Positions 8,924 to 19,416 of a DNA stretch of 34,520 nucleotides are shown piece by piece. Origin of the DNA: a virus (Duplodnaviria; Caudoviricetes); the IMG/VR virus record IMGVR_UViG_3300026505_000008, positions 1 through 34,520 of that record. One strand, given 5' to 3'. The notes under the pieces are model-generated. The model was not told where the DNA came from. It worked only from the letters and a program-made list of their open reading frames with translations, and made no database searches. The translations under genes and the position numbers were made by a program. The stretch's first letter is position 1, and every line of letters begins with the position of its first letter.

Positions 8924-11900
8924 TTAATCTACGTTATAAACTAACTTTTGCTGTGATGGTGTTATTACCTTTACTGTTTGTTCTAGATAATCTTTTAATT
9001 GACCTTTAACATCATTATTTATGCTAATATCTTTAATGTTAACTTTAATGTAATTACTAACATTGCCTGGTATATTGTAATTAAACAAAGTATCAATTTC
9101 TTCTGTTTTATTTCTTGTAGCGCTAGGTATTCTAAAATATAATGGATCGATTGATTTTGTCTGTAATTCTAAATAGTTAATTAAACTAGTATCAAAAGAA
9201 GTATTGTGGATCTTTAAATTCTTTAATATACCACCTTTACTATTGTAAGATATATCTGTAACAATGTTATCAATTGGAGTATTGCGTATATTTTGAGTAT
9301 TGATAAATAGTTCCGGGTAGATTATCTTATCTATTGGAATTAAATTTGGTTGAAAAGTAATATCTCCAATGAATATACCATTATTGTAGAGTCTTATAAC
9401 ACCACCATTAAGATCAAAATCTAAATTAAAATAGTTTTTAATATCAAGATTAGGTACTTCAAAAATAATTTCTACATTAGATATATCTTCAGAATTAATT
9501 GGCACTGTAATTCCGTCCCAGGCACTTAATGATTCTGCTGGGTTATTCCAATTAAATGAACTATATCCGTTAGCAGTAAGAGGTGGTCCTGCTTTATTCC
9601 ATTCTTCAGTTAATATTTTAACATCTAATAAGGAATTAAGGTTAAATTTAAATACTAATTTATCTCGGTATAAATTATATTTTTCATCAATTGCATAGTA
9701 ACCTGTGGGATTTATATGCGTTATATTATTACTAAGTTCGTCAAATTTTGTAGTTAAAGACCCATTAAAATTAATTATATCAGTATAATCTTGTATACTG
9801 AATCTTCTATTTATATATATACCATTTAGATATATCGAACTTAAAGTTGGTGATGTTGTAAAAATAGTACCTGGTATATTTTCATTAGCAATATATACCA
9901 TCTTTTCAGATACATCTATACCGGTGATTGGTAATGAATAGGTTTTTTCTAATACACCTGTAGTAGCATTTATTTTATCAACCACAATATTTGAAGATAA
10001 GTCTCTTGCAAATGATAAGATTTTTAATTGATTATTTTCTTCTATAAAATCTAATTTATAGCCTTCAGCTACATCATCACTTAATTCAAAAGCAGATAGT
10101 TTAAACCTTTCTGGTGTAAACTCTTGAACAAAACCTTTACTTGCTGATAAATTAAAATATTGTACAAATAAGCGGTTTTGAACCGATTCGATATCATAAA
10201 TTACCGAATCAATAGAATCTAAAATAGGGTCTTCGAATCGTGATGCTTCTAGTACATCAAATATAATACGTGCTCTACCATCTTGATTAAAGGTAAAAAA
10301 CTGTTCAAATGCTGGGTTTGTGGCTGAATATGCTTGTATTAATGTAAAAAAATCTTGATCGAACGATCGATCTTCAATAACTCCACCGCTTAATATAGCT
10401 GATAGTGGGGTACCGAGAAACGCTTCACCTGGTATAAATTGTGTTGAAATAAATCTATTAACATTTTCTAACGAACAAGCTACTTCATCGTTAAGTTTTT
10501 TAGGTGTATTTCCAATTAAAAATCTATATCCAGAATTTTCCGGGATTAAACTTTGATATGACGCTGAAAAAGGATCAGATTCTAATTGAAAATTAAGTGC
10601 TATATCTTGTGTAGCTACTAAGTTATTTAAGTCTAAATTAATAATAGGCCCGTCTGTTATGTATTCATTAGTGAATATAAGTACATTATTATAACCGTAA
10701 AATGTTCTACTCTTATATGATTTAATAATTTCCGATATGAGTATATTATCACCTTGTTGATCTAATGGTGTTCTTTCAAGTAATATTTCACCAAAGTAAT
10801 TAGTTTTTATTAATTTATTATCACATACTAAAATAAAATTATTATTCTGTTCAATATAAAGAACATCTAAAATATTTGCAGTACTTTCATAGGTATTAGC
10901 TCTTAATAATTTAAAATTATTATCGTAAATATAAAGTATATTTCCTTGAGGTATAAAAATAAACGGGGTAAAAAAGAAGTTATTCTTTAATGCAAAACCA
11001 TCTTCATATAAATTACCAAATAATTGAAAAGAATTTAACGATGATAATGTATCTAATTCTAATTCAAAACCTATATTAAAATCTCTATTAGGTATTGATT
11101 GTATATCTAAATTATCGAAACCTTTTATATTATTAAGATTTATTTCTTCAATATTTTGTAATTGAACTGAAGATGTAGTAATTGTAAATGTATCTTTTAA
11201 TAATCTATCTTTTTGACTATCAATATATTCATTAATTTGTTTATCATTAATCCGTTGATATACATACGATGCACTTGGTTCAAAGGTAAGATTGCTTACT
11301 AAATCATAATATATTAAACTAGATCCATTATTTTTAAAATATTCTGCAGCTTGAGTTGTACTATTGAATATATTCGATTGACCTGAAAAGGGTATTGTAT
11401 ATGATTCGTCATTTGGAATATAATATCTATCATACCAAATACCTTCTTCAATACCATCACCTTTTAACCATGTACATAAGTAAGAACCAAAAATGTCATT
11501 TTGTTGTAAGTCATTAATCGATTGGAAACCTAAAAGATCACCACTTTGTAGCACAAATAAACTTACATCATTTTGTAAAACTAAAAATTCTTCATCTTCA
11601 AGAAAACTATTCTGTAGATTGTTTCTATTACTATCTGCAAGTTTGAAGACTTTATCACTAAAGTAAGGATTATTAGCAGCAAATGAACCATTACCAGCTA
11701 ATCCTGTATCATTAATATTAATTTTTCTAAAAGGGAATAGATTATCTGGCATTGTAAATGCAGTAAAATCTTTTGAACCTATTTTAAATTCACTATCAAA
11801 AAATGTATAATTTAATGTTATATTATCGAAATCCTTTTCTTTACTTTTTTGGTTAGTAAAATTTTGATATTCTCTACCTCTATATTCTTTATTATCTTCT

Positions 11901-14764
11901 GCATCTTCTGCACCTGGGCTGTATATAATATTATCACTTGATATATGATTTTTAAGGTTGAAAAAATTTAAATTAGTATAAGTTTTTTTTTCATCTGAAC
12001 CAAAAATAATAAAGTTATATAGGGTATTATTTTTATCGATTAAATTAAAAGTAAATTCATCATGTTTTGTTTTTTGACCATTAAATGCTTTTAAATCGAG
12101 TGGTGATATATCGTCAATTATTTTATAAACTTCTAAATATAAAGTAGTAATACCACCGTTTTCATAATATAATTTTATACTACCTAAAGATGAAATTGAA
12201 TTACTAAACGAATTGTATACATGTGAAAAATTATCTAACTTTAAAGTGTTATCTGTTTGATACGATGAATAAAAGGTATCTGAATCCCCGTCACCGAAAT
12301 CAACATCTGCTCTATAAAGACTTAATCCGTTTGAAGATTGTTCAATGTTCTGTAAATCAAAATTAATATTCTTTGTACCTGAATATGCAAAAGTTATAGT
12401 TCTATCAAAATTGTCAACAGGGAACGACAATGAAGGAATAATTAAATCACTACCACCTGTTAAAAAGTTAAATGAACCTGGTAATTGCGCTATAGATGTT
12501 ACTTCTTCTATTACACTTGAAATATCTGAATCGTTAAAGTTGGTAAACATATCATTACTCAACGGTATAACTTTATTATTGATAATTTTATAATTAAAAT
12601 AATGAATTGCTATTGAATTATTTTTTCTTAAAAATGTCGTTGTTAAAATAAATGAATTATCATAACTATTGTAGTTTAATTCACTATTTATAATTTTAGT
12701 TAACGATACTTTTATATTAGATATAATACCATAACTTTCTAGAAAGTTAAAACTAAATGTGTCGAGAAAATAACTAGATGGTTCTGTATTTCGGGTGCTT
12801 ATCTCATCTATAATTTTTTTACTAGTATCGTACCTATATAGTTCATAATAAAAAGTATTATTGCTAGATAGATTCTCACCTGATAGGCTTATATTAAATT
12901 TATATATAGAATTATTTTCATGACAATCTTTTGTTATAAAGGAAAGGTCTGGATTAACCACATCTCTTTTAATTATCAAAGGTGTGTTAACTTGTTCAAT
13001 AAAGTTACCATCATATTTAAATGTATCGATAATTGAATATGTGCTTAGATCAAAACTAAATGTATCATCATATACATTAATATCTAATATATCTGAATTT
13101 ATAATTTGATTATATAAAGTGTTATTAAATTTAAATTTATCGTAAATAGTTTTGAAATCAGAAGCTGATAAAGGTACTAAATTTTTATTAACTACATCTT
13201 TAATATATATTTTTTTAAAGCTATTTACTTTATCACTAAAACCGGATAGTTGTTCAATACCATTACCATATCTATTTTCAGATATATCAACAGTATTACC
13301 TGATTCAAATGCAGCATCTTGTATAACTGTTATATCAGATGAATTTTTAATTACCCCTTTATTAGTTATAAATTGAATATATTCGTTACCATATATATCT
13401 GATTCGATTTTATCAATAGAACCATAATTAGTTAAATCAGTTATCGAATCAGTAAAAGTACCATTATTAGTTATATTGATTCTTCTATTTTCAACAGTTT
13501 CATAAGAATGAAAATAGTGATTTCTTTCATCAGCTTTTACACATGTACGTGAAGAAGAAGATGAAATATTTTTATAACTACTTTTATCGAAATAGAAGTT
13601 AAAAGGGTTATCTCTTTTTGTATTACTTAAATTAACTATATCACCATATTGGTTTGGGTCAGGGAACACATAAACAAAATTATCTTTTAATTCGGGTTTT
13701 ATTTTTCTTATATACTCACCATCAACTCTTAAAATAGAAAATTTGGTAGGGTTGAAATATAAACCTATTTCTCTTTCGAAACCTGATGGGTATACTTCTT
13801 TAGCTAAGATTGAGGCAAAATTAATGTTAAAGAAATTTTTGGCTTTATTTTTAGCTTCAAACAATCTACCAGAAACGTAATCCGTTTCTGTTGTACTTAG
13901 ATAATAGTAATCAGTACCTACTAAATGTTCGGCTAGCTCAGCTTCATATAAAACTCTATATGTATCGGTATCAGTAGTAATTTTATAATCAATAAAATCG
14001 TCTCGCTGCAATAGTGAAGTATTTACTTCATTAAATTCAACTACTAGTTTGTAAGGGTTAAGTTCAGTTAGAGTAATATTATTATCATTTAAAACTTGAA
14101 CCAAAGCTTTATCAATATCTAGGAATGCATTTGTATTTATATCATTAGTGATATATGTTTCATTTACATCAACAGTATCAGGATTTACGTCAAAATAATC
14201 ATTAAAAGTGTCATAACCTAATTCAACGTCAATTCTTAAAGAAGATAAAGAAACCACATCACCGGTATAATCAGGGCTAGTAAAAAAGTTAGCTATATTA
14301 TTTCTAATCTGATCTTTAACGCTTAAATTACTTCCTTTACTTTGTTTCTCTCTCAACTCTCTTTGAAAAGTGTTTCTTTTTTGTCTATAATAGTTTAATA
14401 TTTCAACAATTTTATCTCTGTAAAAGGGTATAATTTTAGTAAGAGAATCATCATCATCTAAATCGATGGTATTGAAAAATCTTCTCTGCTCCTGAGTAGA
14501 ATATTTTAATGTTAAATCATTAAAAAAGTTTTTATAAATTGCCTTTATATTTAGAGAATTATCTTTATTATTTTCGAAATCAGTATTTTTCCATTTTTCT
14601 AAATACTTTTTATATTGATTAAAATTTTCTAAATCATTATTATCAATAACCTTCACATAGTTAAGATACTCGATAAAGTTAAAAGGTTTATCGACATCGA
14701 ATTTATCATCAGATAAAGTATTAGTTATACTATTATTAACTACATATTCTGTAAATTTAATCAT
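8924..14764 (-). CDS. Very large (1946 aa) baseplate/virion structural protein with PKD-like and LamG-like segments
   Basis: Uninterrupted ORF downstream of gp5. DVDFGDGD...SHVY is PKD-like; GVIRLYNNGIFIG...GILKNLKIHN is LamG-like. Confidence 0.6.
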   Translation of the reverse strand: MIKFTEYVVNNSITNTLSDDKFDVDKPFNFIEYLNYVKVIDNNDLENFNQYKKYLEKWKNTDFENNKDNSLNIKAIYKNFFNDLTLKYSTQEQRRFFNTIDLDDDDSLTKIIPFYRDKIVEILNYYRQKRNTFQRELREKQSKGSNLSVKDQIRNNIANFFTSPDYTGDVVSLSSLRIDVELGYDTFNDYFDVNPDTVDVNETYITNDINTNAFLDIDKALVQVLNDNNITLTELNPYKLVVEFNEVNTSLLQRDDFIDYKITTDTDTYRVLYEAELAEHLVGTDYYYLSTTETDYVSGRLFEAKNKAKNFFNINFASILAKEVYPSGFEREIGLYFNPTKFSILRVDGEYIRKIKPELKDNFVYVFPDPNQYGDIVNLSNTKRDNPFNFYFDKSSYKNISSSSSRTCVKADERNHYFHSYETVENRRINITNNGTFTDSITDLTNYGSIDKIESDIYGNEYIQFITNKGVIKNSSDITVIQDAAFESGNTVDISENRYGNGIEQLSGFSDKVNSFKKIYIKDVVNKNLVPLSASDFKTIYDKFKFNNTLYNQIINSDILDINVYDDTFSFDLSTYSIIDTFKYDGNFIEQVNTPLIIKRDVVNPDLSFITKDCHENNSIYKFNISLSGENLSSNNTFYYELYRYDTSKKIIDEISTRNTEPSSYFLDTFSFNFLESYGIISNIKVSLTKIINSELNYNSYDNSFILTTTFLRKNNSIAIHYFNYKIINNKVIPLSNDMFTNFNDSDISSVIEEVTSIAQLPGSFNFLTGGSDLIIPSLSFPVDNFDRTITFAYSGTKNINFDLQNIEQSSNGLSLYRADVDFGDGDSDTFYSSYQTDNTLKLDNFSHVYNSFSNSISSLGSIKLYYENGGITTLYLEVYKIIDDISPLDLKAFNGQKTKHDEFTFNLIDKNNTLYNFIIFGSDEKKTYTNLNFFNLKNHISSDNIIYSPGAEDAEDNKEYRGREYQNFTNQKSKEKDFDNITLNYTFFDSEFKIGSKDFTAFTMPDNLFPFRKININDTGLAGNGSFAANNPYFSDKVFKLADSNRNNLQNSFLEDEEFLVLQNDVSLFVLQSGDLLGFQSINDLQQNDIFGSYLCTWLKGDGIEEGIWYDRYYIPNDESYTIPFSGQSNIFNSTTQAAEYFKNNGSSLIYYDLVSNLTFEPSASYVYQRINDKQINEYIDSQKDRLLKDTFTITTSSVQLQNIEEINLNNIKGFDNLDIQSIPNRDFNIGFELELDTLSSLNSFQLFGNLYEDGFALKNNFFFTPFIFIPQGNILYIYDNNFKLLRANTYESTANILDVLYIEQNNNFILVCDNKLIKTNYFGEILLERTPLDQQGDNILISEIIKSYKSRTFYGYNNVLIFTNEYITDGPIINLDLNNLVATQDIALNFQLESDPFSASYQSLIPENSGYRFLIGNTPKKLNDEVACSLENVNRFISTQFIPGEAFLGTPLSAILSGGVIEDRSFDQDFFTLIQAYSATNPAFEQFFTFNQDGRARIIFDVLEASRFEDPILDSIDSVIYDIESVQNRLFVQYFNLSASKGFVQEFTPERFKLSAFELSDDVAEGYKLDFIEENNQLKILSFARDLSSNIVVDKINATTGVLEKTYSLPITGIDVSEKMVYIANENIPGTIFTTSPTLSSIYLNGIYINRRFSIQDYTDIINFNGSLTTKFDELSNNITHINPTGYYAIDEKYNLYRDKLVFKFNLNSLLDVKILTEEWNKAGPPLTANGYSSFNWNNPAESLSAWDGITVPINSEDISNVEIIFEVPNLDIKNYFNLDFDLNGGVIRLYNNGIFIGDITFQPNLIPIDKIIYPELFINTQNIRNTPIDNIVTDISYNSKGGILKNLKIHNTSFDTSLINYLELQTKSIDPLYFRIPSATRNKTEEIDTLFNYNIPGNVSNYIKVNIKDISINNDVKGQLKDYLEQTVKVITPSQQKLVYNVD

Positions 14765-14798
14765 CTTCTATAATATTTAATATGGGGTATAACTATTG

Positions 14799-17156
14799 TT
14801 ATTCTTCTTCAGTACCTACACCAGCTACACCAGATAAAGATTCTGCATACGTAGCATCTATAGTAATTCCAGATTTTAATGTATTAAACTGAGGCGATGC
14901 AATAACTCTATTTTCACTATTAATGCCTTGATTTTTAGCTGAATTACGAGTACTTTCATTTGTATCAGTTAATGTAAGTGGTATATTATTAAACGTATGT
15001 GTATGTGGATATGTCGTAATAGAATCAGGTGTAGCTGGGGTATTAGCAATATTACCACCGAAAACTGTTATGATGGAACCACCGTATGAACCACCACCTG
15101 GTACTGTTGCCCAACCAATAGCTACTCCAGGAACTGTCTGACCTAAAGCTTGGGTCGTATTAGTTACTTGTGTTTCAGCTGGAGCGGTAACATGTTGTAA
15201 AAATGCTTCACCTTCAACAGATAAACCACCACCTATAACGACATTATTATTAACACCTAAACTACTATCTATTAAAACCTGTCTTTGTCTTTTATTACGC
15301 AACCTTAAAATTTCTGCACTTATATTAACAACTTTACCGTCAATGTTTACTTCATTTTCTGAACCAATGTTGACTTGTTGACCTGCTACGTTAGTTATAC
15401 TACCTGATATATTAGTTGGTCCGTATGATTTTAAATTAATACCACCAGCACCTACCATAACATTATACCTATTATTAACGTTTAAATTATAAGTGCCGCC
15501 TGGTAGGTCTTGAACATCAACATATTCAAGTAATGGTCCAGAATCACTATTAACGTAAGTAGCATTACTACTTACAAGAACTTCGTTATTAACTAATTTA
15601 CCGATAGGGTCAAATCTCACACTACCATAATCGTTCATTACAGTACCGATATTTTCTAATTTATTTTTACTGATTTCAATTATTTCACTTCCACCGAGAC
15701 CAAAATCTCTTTCCTTGATCATTAAGTCAGCTTGAATTTTTAAAATATCATCACTTAAAGTTTTATCTTCTGAGTCCCAACTACCATCTTGAGTTGACGG
15801 GCTTTTACCATTACCATTAACGAAAGATTTACCAGACTCTGATGGCCAATCTTCGTCGGTGGTTCCAACTTTTAAACCAGCAGGTGATTTAGGATTAGTA
15901 CCATCTTGTAGAGTTTTTAAATTATCGTCATAAACTGGTATACCTCCGCCTTGCAAAGCACCTGAAATATTTAAACCTGTACCATGGTAAAATTCTGAAT
16001 TCTCAAAAGTATTGGAATTATTTAAAGCTAAGTATCGATTAGAATCTGTTACTGGGAAAGTTGCAAATGAACCTATTCTATTTTGCTGAATACTATTAAG
16101 CTTTAATATGATATCACCATTAGATTTAATATTATTATCATTTGTTCTTTTGATATCAAACAATTGTTTCTTATCTTGAATAACCCCGTATGCTTGTTTC
16201 CACTCATCAAAGAATGCCTCATTTAAGTTACCAATTTTTTTATACTTATCCCTTAAAATTACCTCATCATAATTCTTGCCAGTAAATTCATTTTTAAACC
16301 CTTTAACTGTATTAAACTCATCATTAATAACTAACTTTTGATTATTTTTAGTAGCGAGTTCCGAATTAGTATTGTTGTTTAATTCTTTAAATGACCCTGA
16401 ATAGTGTGTTAGTTTAATCTTTTCATTGTGATCGGTATTGTTTATTTCAAAAGTTCCACCTTTTTGATTTAATACGTATTTGTTCCTATACGTTTTTACA
16501 TTATAATCTTCTTCAGTAGAACCACTATCATAATTTTCAAACTTACCTGGGTAATCTACTTCATTATCGTATATGCCTTGCCAATCTTCTTTACCGAATG
16601 ATGTACCTATAATTACAGGAAATTGTGTATTACCGTCTCTAAAAAATACATAAACGTGTGAACCTACACTTGGTATACCGAATGAACCTTTTGCTTTATT
16701 TGAATACGTATTAGGTTTATAATTAAAAGAATATGGGTTTATATTATTAACATTGTTACTATTATCACTAAAAGCATCACTAAGTCTAAAATTACTTTGA
16801 TCGTAAATTTCACCACTCGATGTCGACCCGTCTGCACTTAAATTTGTAAATGAATTAGTATCAGATACAGTTGCTTTATTAGTATAATTATTATATCGTT
16901 TAGAAGTGTTTTCACTAGTTAGAGGACAGCTAACTTCAGCCCACGGTAATATGGTTTTTAATTTAGCCATTATAGGTTGCAGCTGACCATCGATTGATTG
17001 AAAAAATTTATCTGTATTACCCTCTACCCAATTTTCGTATACAGTTGGTGATAGGTGCGGTACAAATACTTTTACCCTACCTCTTTTTTGAGGGTCATTA
17101 TTTTGAACTACTATGCCCAAATACATACTATTAAATTCTTTTTCGTTATTATTCAT
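14799..17156 (-). CDS. gp5: Baseplate hub/central spike gp5-like (N-terminal OB fold, beta-helix, C-terminal HxH)
   Basis: YLGIVVQNNDPQKRGRVKVFVP, LPWAEV and IPSVGSHVYVFFRDGNTQFPVIIG form the gp5/VgrG OB-fold signature; IKLTHYSGSF; PHTHTF. Confidence 0.85.
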   Translation of the reverse strand: MNNNEKEFNSMYLGIVVQNNDPQKRGRVKVFVPHLSPTVYENWVEGNTDKFFQSIDGQLQPIMAKLKTILPWAEVSCPLTSENTSKRYNNYTNKATVSDTNSFTNLSADGSTSSGEIYDQSNFRLSDAFSDNSNNVNNINPYSFNYKPNTYSNKAKGSFGIPSVGSHVYVFFRDGNTQFPVIIGTSFGKEDWQGIYDNEVDYPGKFENYDSGSTEEDYNVKTYRNKYVLNQKGGTFEINNTDHNEKIKLTHYSGSFKELNNNTNSELATKNNQKLVINDEFNTVKGFKNEFTGKNYDEVILRDKYKKIGNLNEAFFDEWKQAYGVIQDKKQLFDIKRTNDNNIKSNGDIILKLNSIQQNRIGSFATFPVTDSNRYLALNNSNTFENSEFYHGTGLNISGALQGGGIPVYDDNLKTLQDGTNPKSPAGLKVGTTDEDWPSESGKSFVNGNGKSPSTQDGSWDSEDKTLSDDILKIQADLMIKERDFGLGGSEIIEISKNKLENIGTVMNDYGSVRFDPIGKLVNNEVLVSSNATYVNSDSGPLLEYVDVQDLPGGTYNLNVNNRYNVMVGAGGINLKSYGPTNISGSITNVAGQQVNIGSENEVNIDGKVVNISAEILRLRNKRQRQVLIDSSLGVNNNVVIGGGLSVEGEAFLQHVTAPAETQVTNTTQALGQTVPGVAIGWATVPGGGSYGGSIITVFGGNIANTPATPDSITTYPHTHTFNNIPLTLTDTNESTRNSAKNQGINSENRVIASPQFNTLKSGITIDATYAESLSGVAGVGTEEE

Positions 17157-17159
17157 TAA

Positions 17160-18038
17160 TTAAATTTCCAATGCTTTTAAATATTCTAAAGTTTCATTTT
17201 CTTTATTATATCTTTCCAAATTTATCTTTCTTGCAACCGGTCGTTTATCTTGAACGATATTGTTAATTTGTGTTGTTTGTAAGTCGATATTTTCAGAATT
17301 GATACTAACATTATCTATTAATTTATCACTATTAAACGAAAAATCTAGATTAGACGTATCTCCATCAATAAAGCTATCTATATTATTTTCAGTTAAACCT
17401 GATATTTGATTATCAAAAACAGTAGATTCAGTTATACCATTGAACGATAAATCAAAGATTTTATCTTGTTGTTGTTTCACCAAACCATTAACAAAATCTA
17501 ATTGTAAGTCAGGATTAAAAGAAAAATCTCTAATTTGTTTATTTGAAAGATTATTTAAACTTCCTAAAACATCTAATGAACTTTTACCAGCAATAATACC
17601 GGCATCAATTTCATTACTAATATTATCTAACTGACTATCAATTACACCATTTATTTTACTCGTTAAATTCAAGTCATCTAAATTTATTTTTTTATACACA
17701 TTAGATAAGTTTTTTGTAAAAGCATTTATATTATTACCAATATTCTCATCGATAGCACCCCAAAGTGCATTTAAGCTCATACTGCTTAAATTCGGGAAAG
17801 GTATATTTTTCAGTAGATTAGAAAAATTTAATTGACCGGTAATATTTGATAAACTTAGATTTAAACTAGTTCCTATAATACTTTGTATGTCAAAACCAAG
17901 TGCATTATTTGCTGTATTAATTAAAGAAGTTTTTACCATACTGCTCAAATTTTGGATCTTTGAAGTAGCAATATTTTTTAACCCTTTCGTTAGGTTTCCT
18001 ATTATTCCTCCAAAATTTATATTAAGTCCGAATGCCAT
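17160..18038 (-). CDS. Hypothetical Asn/Ser-rich protein, probably baseplate-associated
   Basis: Long ORF co-oriented with and directly upstream of gp5; TAAATA motif before the ATG. Confidence 0.55.
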   Translation of the reverse strand: MAFGLNINFGGIIGNLTKGLKNIATSKIQNLSSMVKTSLINTANNALGFDIQSIIGTSLNLSLSNITGQLNFSNLLKNIPFPNLSSMSLNALWGAIDENIGNNINAFTKNLSNVYKKINLDDLNLTSKINGVIDSQLDNISNEIDAGIIAGKSSLDVLGSLNNLSNKQIRDFSFNPDLQLDFVNGLVKQQQDKIFDLSFNGITESTVFDNQISGLTENNIDSFIDGDTSNLDFSFNSDKLIDNVSINSENIDLQTTQINNIVQDKRPVARKINLERYNKENETLEYLKALEI

Positions 18039-18050
18039 ATAATTATTTAC

Positions 18051-18078
18051 TTGATATACCTCTTTCTGTGTATATAAT
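18051..18078 (+). promoter_or_regulatory. Sigma70-type promoter for the deazaguanine operon (leaderless or near-leaderless)
   Basis: TTGATA (18051-56), 16-nt spacer, TATAAT (18073-78), then 7 nt to the ATG at 18086. Confidence 0.6.
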
Positions 18079-18085
18079 TGATATT

Positions 18086-18871
18086 ATGTTAATATCACAT
18101 GAAAGTCCAATTAGTATTTTAGATAAATCACAACAGTATAATGATTATGATTATGCTTTAGTTCATTTATTTGAAACTCACCCAAAGTATTATGAATACT
18201 TTAAAGACAGTGTAAAAAAAGGAAGAGAGGTTCTTTTAGATAATAGTATTTTTGAACTAGGTGAATCATTTGAACCTGGTAAGTTTGCAAAGTATGTTAA
18301 AGAGTTAAAACCTTCTTATTATATTGTACCTGATGTCTTGGAAGACGGTTATGCAACTATTAAAAGTTTCCATGAATTTACTACTAAGTATACAAAGCTA
18401 CCCGGGTTAAAGATAGGAGCAGTTCAAGGCAAGACGTACGATGAAATAGTAGATTGTTATAATTATATGTCAGAAAATGCTGATTATATTGCAATTAGTT
18501 TTGATTTTAGTTATTATATAGTTACTGGTAAAGGTAAAACAAAACTTGAAAGATGGTGTGATGGTCGTCGTAGACTAATTGAACAATTAAAAAATGATGG
18601 GGTATGGAATAGTCAAAAACCTCACCATCTATTAGGTTGTTCTTTAGCTAAAGAATTTAAAAATTACATAGGCGATCATTCAATTAGATCTGTCGATACT
18701 TCAAACCCTGTTGTTGCTGGTATTAAGGAACTCCGATATACTGGTAACCTAGGATTAAATGAAAAACCTTCTATCATGTTAGCTGATTTAATTGACCATG
18801 AAGTTACAGATACACAGTGGGAAGATATTGAACATAACGTTTATTGCTTTAAAGATATTTTATACGTATGA
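18086..18871 (+). CDS. TGT-fold guanine transglycosylase-like protein (DpdA-like)
   Basis: TGT motifs in order: LLDNSIFE, IVPDV, GAVQG, HHLLG, SVDTS. Lacks the CxCxxC zinc site of tRNA-TGT. In an operon with queF. Start moved to 18086 because of the promoter position. Confidence 0.7.
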   Translation: MLISHESPISILDKSQQYNDYDYALVHLFETHPKYYEYFKDSVKKGREVLLDNSIFELGESFEPGKFAKYVKELKPSYYIVPDVLEDGYATIKSFHEFTTKYTKLPGLKIGAVQGKTYDEIVDCYNYMSENADYIAISFDFSYYIVTGKGKTKLERWCDGRRRLIEQLKNDGVWNSQKPHHLLGCSLAKEFKNYIGDHSIRSVDTSNPVVAGIKELRYTGNLGLNEKPSIMLADLIDHEVTDTQWEDIEHNVYCFKDILYV

Positions 18872-19416
18872 TTATAACATTTACAGGAGCTCAAAGTACA
18901 GGTAAGTCCACTTTACTTGCTAAAATGCAAACTGAAGAAAGATTTCGTAAGTTTAATTTTGTACCGGAAATAACTAGAGGTTTAAAAAATAAATATAAAC
19001 TTAATATCAATGAGTCTGGTGATGAATTTACTCAGTTAATAACAGTCAATAGTCATTTATATAATTATTTTGATTTTAAAGGTAAGGATGCAGTGTTAGA
19101 TAGATGCATTTTAGATGGATTTGTATATACTACATATCAATATTATATGAAGAAAATACCTATTGAGATGTATAATTATAGTGAGTATCTCTTTAAGAAA
19201 TTGATTGGTGAATTAGATATTATACTTTATACAGAACCTGATATACCCTTAGTAGATGATGGAGAGCGAAGCGGAGATAAAGAGTTTCGTGATATAATAG
19301 TTAACTTATTTGAAGAAGCAATTGATCATTATAAAATAAACGTAATTAGATTGAATGGATCAGTTGATAATCGTATGAAAACAATTTATAATATAGTAGA
19401 TAATTATGGCAAATAA
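18868..19416 (+). CDS. P-loop nucleotide kinase (NadR/AAA_28 or dNMP-kinase-like)
   Basis: Walker A GAQSTGKST; DRCILD; PLVDDGERS; ATGA overlap with the upstream gene. Confidence 0.8.
   Translation: MIITFTGAQSTGKSTLLAKMQTEERFRKFNFVPEITRGLKNKYKLNINESGDEFTQLITVNSHLYNYFDFKGKDAVLDRCILDGFVYTTYQYYMKKIPIEMYNYSEYLFKKLIGELDIILYTEPDIPLVDDGERSGDKEFRDIIVNLFEEAIDHYKINVIRLNGSVDNRMKTIYNIVDNYGK

Noticed and set aside
18086-18871. Canonical tRNA-guanine transglycosylase (tgt)
   Set aside because: It is short (261 aa), lacks the zinc-binding CxCxxC/H site and has a divergent active-site motif, so it is treated as DpdA-like. tRNA activity is not formally excluded.
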